5,445 nt of DNA from assembly GCA_001179505.1 (NCBI GenBank), contig CDMY01001039.1:1-5445 (forward strand). Direction: 5' to 3'. Positions 1 to 5,445 of the stretch are shown here, piece after piece. Made by a program: the position numbers and the translations under genes. This DNA comes from Vitrella brassicaformis CCMP3155. Taxonomy: Eukaryota > Protista > Chromerida. The first letter of the stretch is position 1. Every line of letters starts with the position of its first letter. The notes beneath the pieces were generated by a model. It was not told the origin of the DNA and searched no databases. It saw nothing but the letters and a program-made list of their open reading frames with translations.

Positions 1-1050
1 GTTGGTCTTGAGAGCGCCCAGCACCAGCGGATGAGCCATCCGGATCGTCGCGTCCTCCCCCTCCGCCCCTTCAGTACCGAACACACTCTTGAGCGCGCCC
101 AGCTCGATGGGATCGCCCAGAGCGGTGCCCGTGCCGTGCGTCTCGATGTACGACACGTCAGAGGGCGACAGGCTGGCCTGAGCCAAGGTCGATCGAAGCA
201 CCTCTTGCTGCGCAGGGCCGTTAGGAGCTATCAGGCTGGCGCTCCGCCCATCGTGGTTGACGGCACACCCGACAATGGTCGCCAGCGCTTGTTGGCTGCG
301 GTTGCCAAGGTCGCTCGCTCGGCGCAGCACCACTGCTCCGGCGCCTTCGCCCCTGACGTAGCCGTTGGCCTTGGCGTCGAACGTCTTGCACTTGCAGTCG
401 GGGGCGAGCATCCGTGATTTTGAGAAACTGAGGAAATGGATGGGCGCAAGCATCAGACTAACTCCCCCAACAAGCGCTCCATCGCATTCGCCCAACTTAT
501 AGTTCTTGACGGCCGAGTCGAGGGCGACGAGTGACGAGGAGCAGGCCGTGTCGAGTGTCATGCTGGGGCCCTTGAGGCCGAAGACGTAAGAGACTCGGTT
601 AGCGATTACGCTCCCAGCGCCTCCGGTGGATGCAAAGGGGCTGTGCTTCTCGGTGATGTTGATGTAGAGCCAGTCGTAGTTACAGGCTCCAACGAACACA
701 CCAAGTCGCTGTCCGAGGAGCTGCTCCCGGTTCATGCCCGCACTGTGGAAGGCCTCGTAGCCAACCTCAAGAATCAGCCGCTGCTGGGGGTCCATCATGA
801 GCACTTCCGCAGGGCTGATGTTGAAGAAGCCGTTATCGAATTGGTCGATTCGGGTCATGAATCCAGCTTCACGTACATAGCATTTCCGGGATTCATCTGG
901 ATCTGGATTGTAGAAGGTGTCGGGATTGAATCGATCCAGCGGCACCTCCTTCACTCCCGTCCTGGCCTCCATGAGCATTGACCACATATCCATGGGGGAC
1001 ATCACACCGCCGGGCAGGCGGCATGACATCCCGGTTACACACAATCGATC
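1..1050 (-). other. Ketosynthase (KS) domain of the next module, C-terminally truncated by the window
   Basis: Starts DRLCVTGMSCRLPGG. Catalytic Cys in DTACSSS (codon 543-541); first catalytic His in ETHGTGT (138-136); MDPQQR and RGEG motifs present. The second His (usually K-T/S-N-x-G-H) would lie just beyond position 1 and is not visible. Confidence 0.97.
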
Positions 1051-1821
1051 GCCAGCATCGAAGGACATCATACCACTCCGCAGTGCGCTCGTGGCGGCCG
1101 GGCCCGACTCAACACCGCCGCGCAGCTCCTTGACGATGAAGTCGATAAGCGCGTTGAGCGTCGGGTAGTCGAACAAGGCCGTCGCAGGAAGCTTGACATC
1201 GAGACGGGCTTGTAACGCATTGCGAAACTCGACGGCGCCCAGTGAGTCGATGCCGAGATCTTGCAGCGGTGAATCAAGGGGCGGCATCTCTGAAGAACCG
1301 AGTGACTGTGATGCACACTCAACGACGACTCCCATCACGTGCTCTCGAAGCTGCTCGGCAGTCATGTTACGAAGGGCGAGTGCTGCCTCCTTGTTGGCCG
1401 AAGAGTCCTCTCTCGGGGTGACATCTTGCAGGAATGACGGTGGGCCATCGTCATACCGTCGCAGGAAGACTGGCCACTTGATGCCTTGGCACCCGACGAC
1501 CAGGCATTCTGACGATGCCTTCATGACGTCGCCTAGTACCCTGATGCCGAGGTCGTTTGTGATTCCGGTCATGCCGGACTTGTTGATGAGCTCCTTCATC
1601 TCTGGCGTTGAAGCCATGCCCTGCTCGATCCACGGGCCCCACTGGATGGACTGGCCGCTCAGCCCACTCGACCGCCGGTATCGCGCCAGGGCGTCAAGAC
1701 AGGCGTTCGCGGCCGAGTAGTTGGTCTGGCCGAAGTTGCCCAAGAGGGCCGCGACGGACGAGAACATAACGAAATGATCCAGCTGCTCCGTCACGCCATG
1801 CAGATGCCACGCACCGAACAC
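1..1821 (-). CDS. Modular type I PKS/FAS, downstream exon (607 codons, 3'-partial): KR C-terminal half - ACP - KS of next module. Not in the supplied ORF track
   Basis: Hand translation from 1821 to 1 has no stop: VFGAWHLHGVTEQLDHFVMFSSVAALLGNFGQTNYSAANACLDALARYRRSSGLSGQSIQWGPW... LGIDSLGAVEFRN... LFDYPT... VTGMSCRLPGG... MDPQQRLILE... GPSMTLDTACSSSL... YVRGEG... ETHGTGTALGDPIE... GALKTN (window edge). The frame is closed just upstream by TGA at 1833-1831, so it must be entered by splicing. Confidence 0.97.
   Translation of the reverse strand, partial: MFGAWHLHGVTEQLDHFVMFSSVAALLGNFGQTNYSAANACLDALARYRRSSGLSGQSIQWGPWIEQGMASTPEMKELINKSGMTGITNDLGIRVLGDVMKASSECLVVGCQGIKWPVFLRRYDDGPPSFLQDVTPREDSSANKEAALALRNMTAEQLREHVMGVVVECASQSLGSSEMPPLDSPLQDLGIDSLGAVEFRNALQARLDVKLPATALFDYPTLNALIDFIVKELRGGVESGPAATSALRSGMMSFDAGDRLCVTGMSCRLPGGVMSPMDMWSMLMEARTGVKEVPLDRFNPDTFYNPDPDESRKCYVREAGFMTRIDQFDNGFFNISPAEVLMMDPQQRLILEVGYEAFHSAGMNREQLLGQRLGVFVGACNYDWLYINITEKHSPFASTGGAGSVIANRVSYVFGLKGPSMTLDTACSSSLVALDSAVKNYKLGECDGALVGGVSLMLAPIHFLSFSKSRMLAPDCKCKTFDAKANGYVRGEGAGAVVLRRASDLGNRSQQALATIVGCAVNHDGRSASLIAPNGPAQQEVLRSTLAQASLSPSDVSYIETHGTGTALGDPIELGALKSVFGTEGAEGEDATIRMAHPLVLGALKTN
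1123..1350 (-). other. Acyl carrier protein (ACP) domain, single copy
   Basis: PLQDLGIDSLGAVEFRNALQARLDVKLPATALFDYPTLNALIDFI; phosphopantetheine-attachment Ser codon at 1245-1243. Boundaries approximate. Confidence 0.96.
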
Positions 1822-1825
1822 CTGA

Positions 1826-1840
1826 GTCAATCAGTCAGTA
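1826..1840 (-). promoter_or_regulatory. Putative branch-point region of the intron
   Basis: Sense strand reads TACTGACTGATTGACTCAG. TACTGAC (1840-1834; branch A 1835) resembles the TACTAAC/YTRAY consensus, and two further overlapping YTRAY motifs follow (A at 1831 and 1827). There is no polypyrimidine tract after it; a U/G-rich tract lies upstream. Confidence 0.6.
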
Positions 1841-1886
1841 CAGAATACACAACGACCAAACACATACATATTGAGCGACTGATTGA
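1827..1886. repeat. Perfect 10-bp inverted repeat inside the intron (arms 1827-1836 and 1877-1886, 40-nt spacer)
   Basis: Plus strand TCAATCAGTC (1827-1836) and GACTGATTGA (1877-1886) are exact reverse complements. A second 8-bp partner TGATTGAC (1940-1947) matches GTCAATCA (1826-1833). Confidence 0.85.
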
Positions 1887-1897
1887 TTGTCCTGCTT

Positions 1898-1920
1898 TGT
1901 CTGTCTGTCTGTCTGTCTGT
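1898..1920. repeat. Tetranucleotide microsatellite (TGTC)5+TGT, i.e. (GACA)n on the sense strand
   Basis: tgtc tgtc tgtc tgtc tgtc tgt read directly at 1898-1920, within the intron. Confidence 0.95.
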
Positions 1921-1976
1921 TGCTTGGCTGAGCTTGGCGTGATTGACCTGCCTGCCTCACTGGCTCGCTGACGTAC

Positions 1977-4900
1977 CTTTGGCTGATAGACTTTGTTGAT
2001 GTGTTGCTTGGTCTGCTTGGCCAGCAGGGCGTCCTCGAGGACACCGGCCGCGTGGAAGATGCCCTTGACGGGGTGATCGGGCATTCTCTTGTTGAGGTCT
2101 GCCATGAGCTGCTCGCAGGCCTCTCGCTTGGACACATCGCACGCCATGCAGTGCACCTCGACCGACGAAGACGGGTAGGTGTCCTCGGAGGCCTGGAAGG
2201 CCTGCAGCCGCTGCCAGGGGGCTGATGACTTGACGTCGTCGGTCGGTGAGCCACGGCGGGACAGCAGCACGATGCGCTTGGCGCCCTCCTCGACCAGCCA
2301 GTCAGCGACCAGCAGCCCCAGCCCGCCCAGACCGCCCGTGATGACGTAGCACCCTGTCGACGCGTCCTTGTCGTCATGACTACTGACGTCCCTCGTCTTG
2401 GTCGTCGCCGCCTCGCCAGTCTTGTCGTCCTTGGCTTTGCTGTCGTCAGGCTTGTCTGCATGGCTGCTGTCGACAGTGGCGGGGGAGCACTTGGGTCCCT
2501 CGAGGGCGCTGGGCACCTGCACGATGACCTTACCGATGTGCTGCGCCCGCTGCATGAAGCGGAAGGCCGCGATGCCGCCGGTGGTGTTGTCGGAGCTGCT
2601 CATGTCGAAGACGCGCAGGGGCAGCGGCACCACCTCTCGTGCGTTGGCCATCAGCCGGACCCGCTCGAGCATCGAGCCGAACCACGCCGGCTCCTCCTCC
2701 ATCATGTGGTCCACGGCGATCCTCTTGTACAAGACGTCGGGCCGCCTCTCTTTCATCTCGTCCTCCGACCAGGTGCCCCGCTTGCCCAGCTCCATGAAGC
2801 GGCCGTTGGGTGCCAGGAGGTCAAGGGAGAAGGGAATGAAGTCCTCGATCAGGCAGTTGAGGACCACATCGATCTTGCCATTGGGGCCCAGGAACCCCTC
2901 CATGTCCTCCTTGAACTGCTTGGCGTTGCGAGAGCTCGTGATGTACTGGACGCCCTCCTTGTCTCTCAGGTAATCCTCTTTGGGCTTGCTCCCCACCGTC
3001 CCGTACACGGTCGCACCGACCGACCGACAGAACTGGATGGCCGCCAGCCCCACGCCTCCCGACGCCGCGTGGATGAGCACCTTGTCGCCTTTGTGGACCT
3101 TGGCCAGCTCTCTCAAGGCGACTTCGACGGTGACGAAGACGACTGGCAGCGCTGCGGCTTGCTCGAACGACATGGTCACCGGCTTGATGGCCATCAAGTG
3201 GGCATCCGTGGCCACATACGTCCGCAGACACCCTGGCGCAACACCGTACACATCATCGCCCACACTCAGATGCGTCACACCGGCTCCAACACTCACGACC
3301 GTCCCCGAGCAATCGCCGCCAGGCGGACCCGGGTCGCCAGGATATAAACCCATCACGTTCAACACGTCCCGGAAATTCAATCCAACCGCACGCACACGGA
3401 TGATGACGCACCCCGCAGGCAGCTGCTCCCTGTTGAAGGGCGCGGAGGCCCTGAGGCGAAGGTTGCTGAGAGCTCCTCTCTCCTCCATATGGAGCTCCAT
3501 TGCACCCTTGACGTCGAGGTTGGCCTTGGAGAGGCGTGTGTGGTACACGGACACTTCATTCGTGTCGGTCGACAGTCGAAGTGCCACCTCAGGGTCGAAG
3601 ACGAGGCTCTTGCGTTTTAAGAGATGGCCAAGTTGTGCAAATAGGCCGTCCATGCTCCCTCCGGGCGGGGGATCCAGGTCCACACATCCAATCTTCACGG
3701 GCCTGCCAAGGGAGGCCTCCAGCTCCAGTCGGGCGCTCTTGGCAAAGCCCCACAGGCCGGCATGTGCAGGGAAGACAGAGAGGACCTCCGACGGCACCGG
3801 CCGCGTCACTCCCCTTGTGGCCAGCCAGAGGGGCGCCATGTGCTCCTTTCCACTCCCAAAGAGAGAATTGACGAGCCGACGAGCATCATCAATTGCTGCG
3901 ACAACAGCTGTCGCAGATGCAGCTGTATCATTGAGAGCCCCCAGGTAGACAATGGCGTCGACCCGTGATGCCGTCTCCTCCGACTCGAGCATCTGTTGCA
4001 GCTCCTCCTCTGCGACTGCCTTGGATTCCGTCGAGAAACCCGCCTCCGCCACAAGAGTGGAAAGCTCTTGATCGAAGTTGTCAGGTGCAGCAAGGAAGAG
4101 GACCCGCGGCTTCACCTCGGTCACAGCCTCACCGCTGTCCTCCACCGCCTGTGACTTGTCTGCCTTGCGCCAGCAAACTTCCCAGAGCAGTTGGCTGGGG
4201 ATGGTGGCAGTGGCTGTCAGGATCATCTGTCGGAGATGCATGCCGAGAAGGATTGCGACCGGGCGTCCCTCCCCATCCTGAAGTGTGATGTCGATCTTGG
4301 CGGAGCGGTCGTCTCGACTCTTGAGTTTGACGTGGCTCCACACATCAAGTTGCTGATCCCCAGATGTCACCACGAAGGCCTTCTCGACACCAACCGGAAC
4401 CAATGGCGCCTCGAGTTTGCCTTTTGCCTCTCTTGCAAGGATGCCTGCTGCGCACTGGATTGCCCCATCAAGCAAGGCGGGATGCACACAGAACGCCTCC
4501 TCAAAGTCTTCTTTGGACGCGACCTTCACGTGGCCCAAAGCTTCACCATCGCCAACAGCCAGTTCAGCGACGGTCTGGAACTTCGGGCCGTATTCCAGAC
4601 CGATGGATCGGAGGCCGCTGTAGAAGTCTGCCACGTCCACCTTGTCGCTGCACCTGTCCTGGAGGACAGTTCTGCTCTCGACGAGAGACGTGTCGATCTC
4701 GTCAGGGGTCGCAAATGAAGCGACGCACCGACCAGTGCAGTTGAGCTGGAAGTCGTCATCGTTGGCATCCTTTGATCGGATCTCTATGGCGGACGGGCTT
4801 GTGTCGCGGCTGGGATGATCCTTCTCGGTGACAAACTGGACAGTCGGCATCGTGGTCCAGTCACCCTGCCTCTCATTCTCGACTGGCGGGATCATCAGCG

Positions 4901-5444
4901 GTTTCTCGAAGCTTATGTCCTCGAAGTGCAGAGCAGCAGCGGTTCTCTTCCTCGTCTCGACGGGTCTCCGGACGCCGAAGAAGGTCAGACCCTCGTGAAT
5001 TGTGATGCCAATCGCAGTCAGCATGTCAATGAAGCCTGCTCCAGGCATGACGGCCTGCCCTGACACGGCGTGGTCACGAAGCAGACTTGCCACGTCACGA
5101 CGAACGATCGTAGTTACGGTCGCCCCGCTCTCCAGCCGGTCCACGCAGCCAATACTCGGGTGTGCGACATGGGCCCATGGAAACCTCGAGTGTTTCCATA
5201 CGTGCGCCTCGTGAACCTCAGGCGGTGCTGCCGTCATGAGAGAAACCGCGTCCTCGAATGAACCCAAGATGTCCTTCGAGCCGGGATTCAATGGCGACAG
5301 CCAATCCAGAGTGGTCCCAGGAGAAACGTCCTTAATGCACTGTTTGCCCATGTTGATCAGGGTGGGTTTGGGTCCGACTTCGATGAGTACTCTTGCGCCG
5401 GCCTGCTGTATGGTGGTCTGCATGCCGTCGAGGAAGCGGACCGG
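1977..5444 (-). CDS. Modular type I PKS/FAS, upstream exon (1156 codons in window, 5'-partial): AT end - DH - structural KR - ER - KR N-terminal half
   Basis: Corresponds to ORF 1827..5423, but the frame stays open to the window edge (PVRFLDG precedes the listed Met, so that Met is internal) and ends at the splice donor after QPK. Motifs: PVRF, IEVGPKP, DHAVSGQAVMP, YGPKFQ, HPALLDG, GLWGFAKS, VGLNFRD, HAASGGVG, HIGKV, TGGLGGLG, HAAGVLED. Confidence 0.97.
2352..2513 (-). other. Charged low-complexity ER-KR linker (about 54 aa) with an internal repeat
   Basis: PSALEGPKCSPATVDSSHADKPDDSKAKDDKTGEAATTKTRDVSSHDDKDASTG; SSHADK (2468-2451) and SSHDDK (2384-2367) lie 84 nt apart. Confidence 0.75.
2514..3503 (-). 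other. Enoylreductase (ER) domain, MDR fold
   Basis: VRAVGLNFRDVLNVMGLYPGDPGPPGGDCSG; NADPH motif VLIHAASGGVGLAAIQ (3071-3048); GRFMELGK; C-terminal HIGKVIV. Tyr in GLYPG (3344-3342) is at the ER stereo-fingerprint position, which matters only if the extender is methyl-branched. Confidence 0.96.
3528..4193 (-). other. Structural (pseudo-)KR subdomain; no C-methyltransferase inserted
   Basis: LLWEVCW, LWLATRG, AHAGLWGFAKSARLE, VDLDP, DPEVALR and VYHTRL are typical of the structural KR half that precedes ER. The DH-ER interval is only about 240 aa and has no SAM-binding motif. Confidence 0.85.
4224..5162 (-). other. Dehydratase (DH) domain, catalytic dyad intact
   Basis: Starts AHPSIG; HxxxGxxxxP motif DHAVSGQAVMP (His 5072-5070); FYSGLRSIGLEYGPKFQ; HPALLDGAIQ (Asp 4469-4467). 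Confidence 0.95.
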
Positions 5445-5445
5445 C
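5289..5445 (-). other. C-terminal end of a cis-acyltransferase (AT) domain
   Basis: PVRFLDGMQT...VLIEVGPKPTLINMG matches the AT C-terminal PVRF and F/I-E-x-G-P motifs. The active-site Ser and substrate-specificity motifs lie beyond 5445, so extender choice cannot be read. Confidence 0.9.

Larger units (their letters stand above)
1822..1976 (-). other. Spliceosomal (U2-type) intron, 155 nt, phase 0
   Basis: Donor AAG|GTACGT at 1976; acceptor ACTCAG|GTG at 1822. Removal restores the canonical KR motif with no gap (YQPK|VFGAWHLH). Length mod 3 = 2 matches the frame change between the two exons. It is the only AG between the in-frame stop at 1833-1831 and the conserved sequence. About 49% GC (76/155, hand count) versus roughly 60% in exons; contains a microsatellite. 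Confidence 0.95.
1615..2351 (-). other. Ketoreductase (KR) catalytic subdomain, split by the intron; B-type fingerprint
   Basis: NADPH motif YVITGGLGGLG (GG..G at about 2339-2316); HAAGVLED (LDD-like B-type motif, 2039-2031); catalytic Lys in QPK (1979-1977); Ser in FSS (1761-1756); Tyr and Asn in GQTNYSAAN (1719-1717, 1707-1705); WGPW. No A-type Trp eight residues before the Tyr (Leu instead). Confidence 0.95.

Noticed and set aside
31-1971. Short ORFs on both strands over the KS/ACP/KR region (31..417, 231..449, 643..981, 917..1168, 1068..1322, 1193..1720, 1451..1642, 1774..1971)
   Set aside because: All overlap the well-supported exon at 1-1821 in antisense or shifted frames and have low-information compositions typical of GC-rich shadow ORFs.
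1827-1976. C-terminal 49 aa of the listed 1198-aa ORF as the true protein end (including the hydrophobic ICMCLVVVYSVL as a membrane anchor)
   Set aside because: It is intron read-through: it begins exactly at GTACGT, translates the GACA microsatellite (QTDRQTD) and has no KR similarity, and the KR resumes seamlessly at 1821. The hydrophobic stretch is too short for a transmembrane helix.
1822-1976. Frameshifted pseudogene, programmed frameshift or self-splicing intron
   Set aside because: Canonical donor, acceptor and branch motifs plus gap-free restoration of PK|VxGAWHLH explain the break. Both flanks are long open frames with intact catalytic residues. The insert is too short and shows no group I/II features.
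3015-3028. (ACCG)3.5 short tandem repeat
   Set aside because: Lies in ER coding sequence (CRSVG); short enough to be chance in GC-rich DNA.
2376-3347. 323-aa plus-strand ORF
   Set aside because: It is in exact antisense register with the PKS codons inside the high-GC3 block, where TTA/CTA/TCA codons are rare so antisense stops vanish; no recognisable motifs.
2980-3948. 322-aa plus-strand ORF
   Set aside because: Antisense shadow: stops in this register need Tyr codons preceded by C/T or His/Gln codons preceded by T, which happen to be absent here. The product is S/T/P/R-rich with no family motif.
3528-4193. C-methyltransferase or pseudo-methyltransferase as in fungal HR-PKS or animal FAS
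   Set aside because: The interval is too short, is accounted for by structural-KR motifs and lacks a SAM-binding glycine motif.
2352-5006. Cryptic in-frame introns explaining the ER-KR linker (2352-2513) or the DH insertion (4935-5006)
   Set aside because: No GTRNGT-type donor or branch/acceptor set comparable to the real intron was seen, and the segments keep exon-like GC and codon pattern. Only RNA-seq could fully exclude this.
1835-5261. Remaining alternative-frame and antisense ORFs overlapping the upstream exon
   Set aside because: Fully embedded in the PKS CDS, Arg/Pro/Ser-rich, with no domain motifs or independent expression signals.
5421-5423. ATG at 5423 as the gene start
   Set aside because: The frame is open to the window edge and encodes the AT motif PVRF upstream, so this Met is internal to the AT domain.

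Overview
The whole 5445-nt window lies inside one minus-strand gene for a eukaryotic multi-modular type I polyketide/fatty-acid synthase (PKS/FAS) with its own (cis) acyltransferase; both gene ends are outside the window. One 155-nt GT-AG spliceosomal intron (1822-1976) interrupts it. Splicing joins two open exons (5444-1977, 1156 codons; 1821-1, 607 codons) into 1763 uninterrupted codons. Domain order is AT (C-terminal end) - DH - structural KR - ER - KR - ACP - KS of the next module, i.e. a fully reducing module fused directly to a further module. Every catalytic motif inside the window looks intact. The supplied ORF track omits the 607-codon downstream exon and reads 49 codons into the intron. 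The architecture, ACP/KS/ER motif variants, roughly 60% GC exons and a microsatellite-containing intron suggest an alveolate protist (apicomplexan relative such as the chromerid Vitrella); this is inference, not a database result. Points worth a second look: the intron splits the KR catalytic residues, carries inverted repeats over its branch-point region and has AGGT at both junctions; a block of sharply raised GC3 covers ER/KR; and there are lineage-type insertions and motif variants. No RNA genes, CRISPR arrays or recognisable mobile elements were seen.
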